Shown here piece after piece: positions 9,369 to 16,922 of a DNA stretch of 64,000 nucleotides; position 1 is the first letter of the stretch, and every line of letters starts with the position of its first letter. The translations under genes were made by a program, and so were the position numbers. Origin of the DNA: Geobacteraceae bacterium (lineage in GTDB: Bacteria; Desulfobacterota; Desulfuromonadia; Desulfuromonadales; BM103); NCBI GenBank assembly GCA_024641085.1, contig JAHEDT010000006.1:41856-105855 (forward strand). Direction: 5' to 3'. The notes under the pieces were generated by a model. It was given only the letters and a program-made list of their open reading frames with translations. It made no database searches and was not told the origin of the DNA.

Positions 9369-9407
9369 TTAGTGACCCGAGCAGGTCTCATTCTTGAGTG
9401 TCACTAA
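9369..9407. promoter_or_regulatory. inverted repeat TTAGTGAC-N23-GTCACTAA upstream of the permease pair
   Basis: 8-bp perfect arms at 9369-9376 and 9400-9407, with a nested CTCA/TGAG hairpin. It lies about 130 nt upstream of start 9237 in AT-rich DNA. Confidence 0.3.
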
Positions 9408-9416
9408 ATTCCAGAT

Positions 9417-9454
9417 AAAAAGCCCTAATCGCGCCTTCCCGATTTAGGGCTTTT
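9417..9454. terminator. bidirectional terminator
   Basis: GCCCTAA (9422-9428) pairs with TTAGGGC (9444-9450), flanked by AAAAA and TTTT. It sits downstream of the minus-strand hemerythrin operon. Confidence 0.6.
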
Positions 9455-9605
9455 CGATAAGTATGACTGCAAGTTATTCTCAGGGGCCCGAGGGATTTTT
9501 GAGGTGCCAAAAATCAATACAGAATACTGACAGAGTTGTTGTGCTCTATGCCCCTTGTCCTTGTTCCGGTCGGACTAGAGCTGTCAAGAGCTTCCCTCCG
9601 AAGTG

Positions 9606-9890
9606 TTATCCTTCATCAATTTGTACGCCTTGCCCGGCGAACTGGATGTTGGCTGCATCGTCGCAGCGAGGCGGCGAGACGGCATGGAGCCCGCCGCACG
9701 CCGGGCACTTGCCGACGAAGGTGGTCAGGGTGAAGCCGGCGCCGCATCCCTGGCAGGCTGTCGACAGTCCGCTGCCTGGCAGCATCTGGTTGCGCAACGC
9801 CCCACCATGTGCCTGAAAAACAAACTCAACCAGTTCCCTGCCTTCTGCAAAAGGACCTGCACTGCTGCCATGATTTGAACAACAACCCAT
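9606..9890 (-). CDS. small Cys-rich zinc-ribbon-like protein (94 aa)
   Basis: AAGGAG RBS 6 nt before ATG 9890. Motifs CQGCGAGF...GKCPACGG plus N-terminal MGCCSNH. Last gene of the operon. Confidence 0.6.
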   Translation of the reverse strand: MGCCSNHGSSAGPFAEGRELVEFVFQAHGGALRNQMLPGSGLSTACQGCGAGFTLTTFVGKCPACGGLHAVSPPRCDDAANIQFAGQGVQIDEG

Positions 9891-9957
9891 TTAATTCTCC
9901 TTTTATGTATGACTGCCGGTGGCGAAAAAGCGACTTAGGTCTTTCAGATGGTTCCGG

Positions 9958-10512
9958 TCATTTGTTGACCTGCTCCTCGTGCCCTTCGACCATCTTGCGA
10001 TATTTGTCTTCGAGCCCGGGGGTTCGTTCCTCGGCTACTTGGTATCCCGCCAGCATGTCGTCGCGAACCTCCTCAGGAAGAACCCGTTCCGCCAGTGGGT
10101 AGAGGATGTCGTCCTCCTTGGCAATGTGCCCGCGCAGCAGGGCAGCATAACCCCTGGCGTGTTCGATAATGATAGCGGTCTGGCCGGTTTCCGCGTCGAG
10201 GGCTTTCTGGGCGGCATCTTCCAACGCGCGGACGTGTGCGCGCCCCTGGTCGTGCTCCATATGCATGGCCTCGATCGGTGACTGTTTTTCCGGCATGCCG
10301 TTCTTGATCAACGCAGTGAACAGTACGTCCTCTTCCTTGGCATGGTGGAAGCGATCGGCATAGTTGCGGATGAAATCCACCGCATCCAGGTAAAACTGCC
10401 AGTTGCGGAACCTGCCCTTTTCGAGCAGGGCAGTATTGTGTTCCACCAGGGCAATCATCCGCAGGATCAACTGGTGCTCGTCAACCATCACCTGGGTCAC
10501 GTTGGTCTTCAT
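9958..10512 (-). CDS. hemerythrin-like (HHE cation-binding) domain protein
   Basis: Start chosen at MKTNVTQ (ATG 10512), 1 nt after the upstream TGA. His/Glu motifs DEHQLILRMI, RFHHAKEEDVLF, HMEHDQGR and HIAKEDDILYP are typical of hemerythrin-like proteins. Confidence 0.8.
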   Translation of the reverse strand: MKTNVTQVMVDEHQLILRMIALVEHNTALLEKGRFRNWQFYLDAVDFIRNYADRFHHAKEEDVLFTALIKNGMPEKQSPIEAMHMEHDQGRAHVRALEDAAQKALDAETGQTAIIIEHARGYAALLRGHIAKEDDILYPLAERVLPEEVRDDMLAGYQVAEERTPGLEDKYRKMVEGHEEQVNK

Positions 10513-10513
10513 G

Positions 10514-10972
10514 TCAGCTCTTTCTGTCACCGTTGATGCCGATGACGACAATCTCGAGCGGGACATCCTTTCCCGATTTTTGCACGGCCTGTTGAGCCAT
10601 CATCGCCAGGCCTCGACAGCAGGGCACCTCCATGATCGGCACTGTGACCGACTGAATGTCGTTCTGGCTGATCATTGCCGCCAGTTTGTCGACGTATGTG
10701 CTGGTATCGTCGAGTTTCGGGCAGGCATTGACCAGCACGCGCCCCTTGATGAAGTCCCTGTGGAATTCGGCATAGGCAAAGGGTGCACAGTCGGCGGCTA
10801 TGAGCAGGTGCGCATTCTTCAGGTACGGAGCGCTTGGCGGTACCAGGTGCAACTGGGTCGGCCACTGGCGAAGTTCAGAAGGACGGCTTTCGCCTGATTC
10901 GGTTGATGTGCTGTTCTGTCGATCAATTATGCGGGCGCTGGCGCCTGGGCAGCTGCAGGTATGTGAGCTCAT
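10514..10972 (-). CDS. Cys-rich putative metal/FeS-binding redox protein of unknown function
   Basis: Conserved-looking block LIAADCAPFAYAEFH...NACPKLDD...MEVPCCRGL. ATGA overlap with the upstream DUF1858-like gene. Confidence 0.65.
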   Translation of the reverse strand: MSSHTCSCPGASARIIDRQNSTSTESGESRPSELRQWPTQLHLVPPSAPYLKNAHLLIAADCAPFAYAEFHRDFIKGRVLVNACPKLDDTSTYVDKLAAMISQNDIQSVTVPIMEVPCCRGLAMMAQQAVQKSGKDVPLEIVVIGINGDRKS

Positions 10973-11208
10973 ACGGTTGCTCCTTCTCGGATGTTTTGAG
11001 TTTTGAGGTAATCGTTAATTTCCTGTTCGATGCGTGTTTCAATCTCGTCACCGAGAGCGTGAATCGAGACGACATCTTTCACCAGGCAGATGCCGACGCC
11101 GCAGGTGACGCAGCCGATCTCATACTTCTCCAGGATCTCGCCGATGAAGGGATGCTCTTCGATAACTTTATTGATGGCCTGCTCGCCGATGACGCTTGGG
11201 AGGTTCAT
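10969..11208 (-). CDS. DUF1858 / ScdA_N-like small redox-disulfide domain protein
   Basis: Start at MNLPS (ATG 11208), with AAGGAG 9 nt upstream. HPFIGEILEKYEIGCVTCGVG has the CxxC layout of the hybrid-cluster-protein-associated redox disulfide domain. Confidence 0.65.
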   Translation of the reverse strand: MNLPSVIGEQAINKVIEEHPFIGEILEKYEIGCVTCGVGICLVKDVVSIHALGDEIETRIEQEINDYLKTQNIREGATV

Positions 11209-11289
11209 CCTTTTTGGCTCCTTTTGTCGCGATTTTTGTACACAGCTTACGATTTCTATTGCCTGGAGAACATGACCGGGGTCAAAATA

Positions 11290-11304
11290 TAACAAATTTT
11301 GTTA
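11290..11304. promoter_or_regulatory. perfect 15-bp palindrome TAACAAATTTTGTTA
   Basis: 7-bp arms around a central T. It sits in the divergent promoter region, about 85 nt upstream of the DUF1858 gene start. Confidence 0.3.
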
Positions 11305-11557
11305 AGTATATATGCGTGTCATGGAAAAATGAAGTGTTTGTGTGGCATGAATCACGGTATCGTCACAATCGCAGCCTTGGCTGCTGTGGCATTCTGGTCG
11401 AGAGTGGCCGCTGATAATTTCAGGTTTAAGTCGTACTCGACGACGCGCATGGTAACAAACTGCTGGCCCTTGACTGAGTCGTCTTCTATGAAAACGTGCT
11501 CCAAATAGTTGTTTTGATTTGTCTCTGCAAGTTTATTCGTGTCAGGAAGATTTCCGG

Positions 11558-11587
11558 TTTACAAACCAATATGTGGTAGGCTATGAT
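11558..11587 (+). promoter_or_regulatory. candidate sigma70 promoter of nrdJ
   Basis: TTTACA (11558-11563), 18-nt spacer, TATGAT (11582-11587). Confidence 0.4.
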
Positions 11588-11607
11588 TACTAGCCTACAA
11601 TATGTAG
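11565..11607. promoter_or_regulatory. two NrdR-box-like palindromes
   Basis: ACCAATATGTGGT (11565-11577) and CTACAATATGTAG (11595-11607), centres 30 bp apart. They overlap the promoter of a ribonucleotide reductase operon. TAGGCTA/TAGCCTA also forms an inverted repeat between them. Confidence 0.5.
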
Positions 11608-11703
11608 TGGTTATGTGCGGCAAAGGGGAGGCTCTGCGCCGTGATACTGTGTATTTGCGCCTGTGCAGGACAGGCCCGGAGTGAACAAAAGGGTAGGGAA
11701 GAG

Positions 11704-13854
11704 ATGTCAGTAAATGTGATCAAGAAAACGGCTGAAACGATGGACATCCCCTGGCAGGAAGCGTCACGGGATATCTGGGACAGTAAGTACCGGCTCAAGG
11801 ATGCAACCGGCCAGCCCGTAGACGCTGACCTGCACGCAACTTACCAGCGGGTCGCCAGGGCGCTGTCGGTCGTTGAAGAAGGCGAGAAACTGCAGCGCCA
11901 TTGGTACGAGCGGTTTCTCTGGGCGCTTGAAAACGGGGCCATTCCGGCCGGGCGCATTACCTCCAATGCCGGGGCCCTCGAACACAAGCCGGCCACCTCG
12001 ACCATCAACTGTACGGTTTCGGCAACGGTTGGCGACTCGATGAACGACATCCTCGCCAAGGTGCACGAGGCCGGGCTGACCCTCAAGGCGGGCTGCGGGA
12101 TCGGCTATGATTTCTCGACTCTGCGGCCGCGCAACGCCTTTGTCAACGGCGCCGGCGCGAATACCTCGGGGCCGCTGTCGTTCATGGACATTTACGACAG
12201 CATGTGCCGAACCGTCGCCTCGGCAGGCGGCCGGCGCGGGGCCCAGATGGCGACGTTCGACATCTCCCATCCGGATGTGCTCGAATTCATCAAGGTCAAG
12301 CGCGAGAACGGTCGCCTGCGCCAGTTCAACCTGTCGCTGCTGATCACCAACGAATTCATGGAGGCGGTCAAGCAGGATGCCGAGTGGCCACTCTGCTTCC
12401 CCCTGACCGCCAAGGAAGTGCAGCGTGACGGTCTGGATCTGGAGGATCCCTCCCAGATCCTTTGGAAGGACTGGCCGGTCAAGCTCGATTATGTGCAAAA
12501 CGATGTCGGCCAGGTGGCCTGCAGGATTTACCGTACCATCCGCGCCAAGCAGTTGTGGAACGTGATCATGGCCTCCACCTACGACTTCGCCGAGCCGGGC
12601 TTCATCCTGATCGACAAGGTCAACGAGATGAACAACAACTGGTTCTGTGAAGAAATCCGGGCCACCAACCCCTGCGGCGAGCAGCCGCTGCCCCCGTACG
12701 GCTCCTGCCTGCTCGGGTCGATCAACCTGACCCGCTTCGTCGAGAACCCATTCACCGCTGAGGCCCGCTTCAACTGGGAGCGTTTTCGCGAGGTGGTCGC
12801 CGTTTTCACCCGCATGCTTGACAACGTCGTGGAGATCAACGGACTGCCTCTCGAGCAGCAGCGCCGTGAAATCTTCGGAAAACGCCGCCATGGCTTGGGC
12901 TACCTTGGCCTCGGCTCGACGATCTCTCTCCTCGGCATGAAGTACGGCGATGCCGACTCGATCGCCTTCACCGAGGAAGTCACCTTGCAGATGGCACTGG
13001 CTGGCTGGGAGCAGGCTTTGGCCCTGGCCCGCGAAAAAGGTCCTGCGCCGGCCCTCGCCGAGGAATACACTGTCACGGCCGAGATGTTGCGCAAGCGGCC
13101 GGAGATGGCGGCTGATGGCATCAGGGTCGGTGAGCGCGTCCCCGGACGTATCCTGCATACCCGTTACAGCCGCTACATGCAGCAGCTGGCGCAAAAGGCT
13201 CCGGATCTGGTTGCGGAACTGGCCGAAGTCGGCGCGCGCTTCACCCACCACACCTCAATCGCACCGACCGGCACCATCTCGCTGTCAATTGCCAATAATG
13301 CTTCCAACGGTATCGAGCCGAGTTTTGCGCATCACTATGCGCGCAATCTGATCCGTCCGGGTAAAAAGAGCAAGGAGAAGATCGATGTCTTCTCCTATGA
13401 ACTGTTGGCCTATCGTGAGCTGGTCAACCCACTGGCCATGCCGGGCAGTGACGACCCGAACAAGCAACTTCCGGAGAACTTCATCACCTCGGAGGACATC
13501 TCCCCCCGTCAACATGTCGACATCCAGGCGGCAGCGCAGAAATGGATCGACTCGTCGATCTCCAAAACTGCCAATGTGCCGAGCGACTACCCCTATGAAG
13601 ATTTCCAGGATATCTACCTGTATGCCTACCGGCAGGGGCTGAAGGGTTGTACGACTTTCCGCTACAACCCGGAGGCTTTCCAGGGTGTCCTGGTCAAGGA
13701 GAAGGACCTGGCGGAGACGTTCTACCACTTTGCCCTGGTCGATGGCACAGTGGTCGAAGCCCGGGGTAACGAAGAGATCGAGTACGATGGTGAAATCCAT
13801 ACCGCAGCCAACCTGTTCGACGCCCTCAAAGAAGGTTATTACGGCAGGTTGTAA
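11704..13854 (+). CDS. nrdJ: class II (adenosylcobalamin-dependent) ribonucleotide reductase, large N-terminal polypeptide
   Basis: Start at MSVNVIKK (ATG 11704). Active-site region ATNPCGEQPLPPYGSCLLGSINL and the overall NrdJ-like sequence. It ends 16 nt before the second polypeptide. Confidence 0.9.
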   Translation: MSVNVIKKTAETMDIPWQEASRDIWDSKYRLKDATGQPVDADLHATYQRVARALSVVEEGEKLQRHWYERFLWALENGAIPAGRITSNAGALEHKPATSTINCTVSATVGDSMNDILAKVHEAGLTLKAGCGIGYDFSTLRPRNAFVNGAGANTSGPLSFMDIYDSMCRTVASAGGRRGAQMATFDISHPDVLEFIKVKRENGRLRQFNLSLLITNEFMEAVKQDAEWPLCFPLTAKEVQRDGLDLEDPSQILWKDWPVKLDYVQNDVGQVACRIYRTIRAKQLWNVIMASTYDFAEPGFILIDKVNEMNNNWFCEEIRATNPCGEQPLPPYGSCLLGSINLTRFVENPFTAEARFNWERFREVVAVFTRMLDNVVEINGLPLEQQRREIFGKRRHGLGYLGLGSTISLLGMKYGDADSIAFTEEVTLQMALAGWEQALALAREKGPAPALAEEYTVTAEMLRKRPEMAADGIRVGERVPGRILHTRYSRYMQQLAQKAPDLVAELAEVGARFTHHTSIAPTGTISLSIANNASNGIEPSFAHHYARNLIRPGKKSKEKIDVFSYELLAYRELVNPLAMPGSDDPNKQLPENFITSEDISPRQHVDIQAAAQKWIDSSISKTANVPSDYPYEDFQDIYLYAYRQGLKGCTTFRYNPEAFQGVLVKEKDLAETFYHFALVDGTVVEARGNEEIEYDGEIHTAANLFDALKEGYYGRL

Positions 13855-13870
13855 GAAGGAGCAGACGTAA

Positions 13871-14557
13871 ATGATTAAGAAGATCGACAAGAAGATTGTT
13901 GCCTACGAGGTGGTCAATCTCGATGAGCAGCGTAAAAAGACCGAACAGGTCGAGCGGGATCAGATCGAGGACATGCATGAGAGTGTCGAGCGTCCGGAGA
14001 TGCTGGTGGGGGCTACCTACAAGATCAAGACACCGCAGAGCGAACACGCTCTGTATGTCACCATCAACGACATGGTGCTCAACCACGGGACTCTGCACGA
14101 AACCCGCCGCCCTTTTGAGATTTTCATCAATTCGAAGAACATGGCCCACTTCCAGTGGGTGGTGGCACTGACCCGGGTTATCTCGGCCGTGTTCCGCAAG
14201 GGCGGTGATGTCACCTTCCTGGTCGAGGAAATGAAAGCCGTCTTCGACCCTCAGGGTGGTTACTTCAAGCCGGGCGGGCGCTTCATGCCCTCGATCGTCG
14301 CTGAGATCGGTTTTGCCCTCGAACGCCACATGAAGATGATCGGCCTGCTCGAGGAAGTCCAGATGCCGGACGCCCAAAGGGAGATGCTGCAGGCCAAGCG
14401 GGCCGAATACGATACCTTGAAAGGCCGGCCACAGAGCGTGGAAGAGGGCGATTTCCCGGCGGACGCCAAGCTGTGCGCCAAGTGTTATACCAAGGCCGTC
14501 ATTATCATGGACGGGTGCCTGACCTGTCTGAACTGCGGTGATTCCAAGTGTGGCTGA
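13871..14557 (+). CDS. class II ribonucleotide reductase C-terminal polypeptide (NrdJb-like) with Cys-rich tail
   Basis: AAGGAG RBS at 13856-13861. C-terminal CAKCYTKAVIIMDGCLTCLNCGDSKCG matches the Cys-rich zinc-finger tail of class II RNRs. The split arrangement is known from Pseudomonas aeruginosa nrdJa/nrdJb. Confidence 0.8.
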   Translation: MIKKIDKKIVAYEVVNLDEQRKKTEQVERDQIEDMHESVERPEMLVGATYKIKTPQSEHALYVTINDMVLNHGTLHETRRPFEIFINSKNMAHFQWVVALTRVISAVFRKGGDVTFLVEEMKAVFDPQGGYFKPGGRFMPSIVAEIGFALERHMKMIGLLEEVQMPDAQREMLQAKRAEYDTLKGRPQSVEEGDFPADAKLCAKCYTKAVIIMDGCLTCLNCGDSKCG

Positions 14558-14594
14558 AAACCGGAACCTGCTGGTCGCACAGGAGGATAAGAGT

Positions 14595-15116
14595 ATGACG
14601 ACATCAAACTGGGATCTCCGCTGGATGGCGCTGGCCCAATTCGTCGCCACCTGGAGCAAGGACCGGGGCCGGAAGGTCGGCGCCGTGATTGTCGGTCCGG
14701 ATAACGAGATCCGCTCGACCGGCTATAATGGCATTCCCCGGGGGGTCAATGATGACGTCGAAGAGCGCCACGAGGCCGCCACGGGCGAGAAGTACCTGTG
14801 GGTCTCACACGCGGAACGTAATGCCATCTACAATGCCGCCCTGCTGGGAGTCCCGACCAAGAACTGCACCATCTACCTCCCATGGTACCCCTGTATAGAG
14901 TGCGCCAAGGCCGTCGTCCAGGCGGGGATCAGCAAAATCGTCTGTTTTGAACCCGACTTCTCCGACAGCAACTGGGGGAAGGATTTCGAAAAGTCGCTGA
15001 TTATTCTCGGTGAAGGCAATGTCGTGACGAAATTCATCGACCAGAAGAATTACCTGCAAGTGCTTCTTAACCGGGAAATTCTCGTCGGCAACGTTCCGGT
15101 CGGGCCATGCGCCTGA
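14595..15116 (+). CDS. dCMP deaminase (ComEB/Dcd-like zinc deaminase)
   Basis: AGGAGG at 14581-14586 precedes ATG 14595. Zinc motifs VSHAERNAI and PCIECAKAV. Confidence 0.88.
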   Translation: MTTSNWDLRWMALAQFVATWSKDRGRKVGAVIVGPDNEIRSTGYNGIPRGVNDDVEERHEAATGEKYLWVSHAERNAIYNAALLGVPTKNCTIYLPWYPCIECAKAVVQAGISKIVCFEPDFSDSNWGKDFEKSLIILGEGNVVTKFIDQKNYLQVLLNREILVGNVPVGPCA

Positions 15117-15154
15117 TAACCTGGCTGTAAAATACTCTTTAAAGAGAAAAAATC

Positions 15155-15193
15155 ATGGCCGCCCGGCGAGAACCGGGCGGCCATTGGTTTTTT
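15155..15193. terminator. strong bidirectional terminator
   Basis: 12-bp stem ATGGCCGCCCGG / CCGGGCGGCCAT, flanked by AAAAAA and TTTTTT, between convergent genes. Confidence 0.85.
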
Positions 15194-15209
15194 GATCATT
15201 GCAGAGGGT

Positions 15210-15848
15210 TTACAGCCCCAGGTCTTGGTCGATTAAAATAATTTTGATCCGCCCTTTGGGAAAACATTTCTCGATCAGCGACCAGCTGTTGCAGATGCGT
15301 TGCGGCGAGTTGCAGTCATGGCAGCGGCCTGTGCTGACGCAGGGGGTCTGCATCTTGTGCCGCCTGGTATTGAGTGGCGCGGCAATCGTGCGCACGCGGT
15401 CCATGCCTGCATGGATGTCGGGCACGAGCTTGTTCCTCCCCGCAAAGATGACAACTTTTTTCGGCCCGAAGGATATCGGGGCGGTCCGGTTGCCGATCAT
15501 GTCCAGGTTGACCAGTTTGCCATCGAGGGTCACGGCGTTGGATCCGGTTAAAAAGAGGTCGGTAACCAACGCCTGTCGTCGGCGTTCGAGAAGTACCTGC
15601 CGGTCGATTCCCGGTTCAAAGGTGGCGATGACTTCCAGCTCTTTGCGTTGAGCCAATTCGGCGAGGATTCCCGTTGTCTCCATGGTCATGGAATCTCCCC
15701 AGGCGACTGTTCGCACCTTGAGCTGCGGAAGGATTTTCTCGAAGAACAGGGCCGAGGCGTGGGTGGCATCCCTGGCGATGAAGGCGTCGAAGCCGTTGGC
15801 AACAAGAGCATTCCTGCACGCTTGCAGGGTGGTGGCAGTCTGGGTCAT
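15210..15848 (-). CDS. LUD (DUF162) domain protein, lactate-utilisation-protein-like
   Basis: LFLTGSNAVTLDGKLVNLDMIGNRTAPISFGPKKVVIFAGRNKLV and the C-terminal TPCVSTGRCHDCNSPQRICN are typical of the LUD/YkgG family. Confidence 0.8.
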   Translation of the reverse strand: MTQTATTLQACRNALVANGFDAFIARDATHASALFFEKILPQLKVRTVAWGDSMTMETTGILAELAQRKELEVIATFEPGIDRQVLLERRRQALVTDLFLTGSNAVTLDGKLVNLDMIGNRTAPISFGPKKVVIFAGRNKLVPDIHAGMDRVRTIAAPLNTRRHKMQTPCVSTGRCHDCNSPQRICNSWSLIEKCFPKGRIKIILIDQDLGL

Positions 15849-16152
15849 GATTCTGCGTCTCTTCGGGTTCTTCTGATCATTCTACAGGAGAACATAACAG
15901 CTGCTCGCCAGATTGGCAAAGCCACAATCCCGTTTGTTATTGTACACCGCACAGTACGGTGAACCACCCGTGTGGATGTTTTTAGGGAGGTGAACTTCGA
16001 CAACATGCGGGACTCGCCGTTTGAATAGGGCAGAAAGTAGAAGTGAGAATTATCATTAAACTTTATAATGAAAATATTATCAATCTAGAAAATACCTCTT
16101 TTCTCTGGTAAAAAACCGGGAAATTTTCAACTTCAGAGGAGGCTTTGAAGGC

Positions 16153-16326
16153 ATGAATGCTGAAGCTATGATCAACGTCAGTCAGGCAGTCACCCACGGC
16201 AGTTCCCGTAAGGTCAGGAACCTGAAGAGTCGTAGACAGGGCCTCGTCATGGGCTGCGAAGGCAACGAACTCAAGGTCAAGGTGGGCCAGACTATCGAGC
16301 TGTGGGCTTGCGAGGATTGCGAATAA
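16153..16326 (+). CDS. small hypothetical protein (57 aa), below the track size cut-off
   Basis: AGGAGG at 16136-16141, 11 nt before ATG 16153. The ORF reads MNAEAMINVSQAVTHGSSRKVRNLKSRRQGLVMGCEGNELKVKVGQTIELWACEDCE and ends at TAA 16324-16326. An AT-rich promoter-like region lies upstream. Confidence 0.45.
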   Translation: MNAEAMINVSQAVTHGSSRKVRNLKSRRQGLVMGCEGNELKVKVGQTIELWACEDCE

Positions 16327-16399
16327 AGCGCAACTGACCGGCTGCACAGTTCTAATTCTTCAAAGTCGTGCCGGAGCAGCTTCCCCTGCACCGCTACAG

Positions 16400-16852
16400 T
16401 TAGTCCGGAGCGCTTTCCGGGTATCGCAGGTAGGGAGATGTGGTATAGCTGAAAAAGCGGAGCCGTCCCTCGAAGGCAAGCAGATCTGACAGCCGGTCGC
16501 GGTTGACAGGATGCACGACCCGGCTACGGGCCTCGGTCTCTGTGAGCCATGCCACCTCGGGAGTTTCTGCACTCGGTGTGGGCGTGCCGGAAGCGAAGTC
16601 AGCGACGAACCCATGGATCAGCGCCGGTGGTGCGGAGAGTTTCGACCAGACCGCGGCAGCTCGCGGCGCCATAATGGTTATACCGGTTTCCTCCCGCACT
16701 TCGCGGCGCAGGGCGGAAAGCAGGTCTTCTCCCTCCTCCACACGACCCTGCGGCAACTCCCATCCGCGCCTTTCATGGCGTACCAGCAGGATGTCGCTCC
16801 GGGCGTTACGCACCAGGCAGCTGACGACCAGTATGTGTTGAGAATGAGACAC
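16400..16852 (-). CDS. NUDIX hydrolase
   Basis: Nudix box GRVEEGEDLLSALRREVREETG. Confidence 0.85.
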   Translation of the reverse strand: MSHSQHILVVSCLVRNARSDILLVRHERRGWELPQGRVEEGEDLLSALRREVREETGITIMAPRAAAVWSKLSAPPALIHGFVADFASGTPTPSAETPEVAWLTETEARSRVVHPVNRDRLSDLLAFEGRLRFFSYTTSPYLRYPESAPD

Positions 16853-16922
16853 ATGACCTCCGCAGCAGGTGGTGGTTGATTCAGCCCTCTGCCTGTCTTT
16901 TCCCCGGGCAGCTCCCGGCTGT

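Noticed and set aside
6550-9460. Prophage or integrative element borders for the low-GC island
   Set aside because: No integrase, transposase, tRNA or flanking direct repeats could be found. It is reported only as a compositional anomaly.
9958-9960. TGA stop of the hemerythrin gene as a possible read-through or Sec codon
   Set aside because: The in-frame continuation is short non-homologous sequence in a different frame from the next gene. There is no hairpin at SECIS distance.
11764-13251. 495-aa minus-strand ORF
   Set aside because: It is antisense to nrdJ, which has unambiguous active-site motifs. This is a typical GC-rich shadow ORF.
16063-16347. 94-aa minus-strand ORF
   Set aside because: It has a GTG start without an RBS. 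The overlapping plus-strand 57-aa ORF has a consensus AGGAGG and is preferred.
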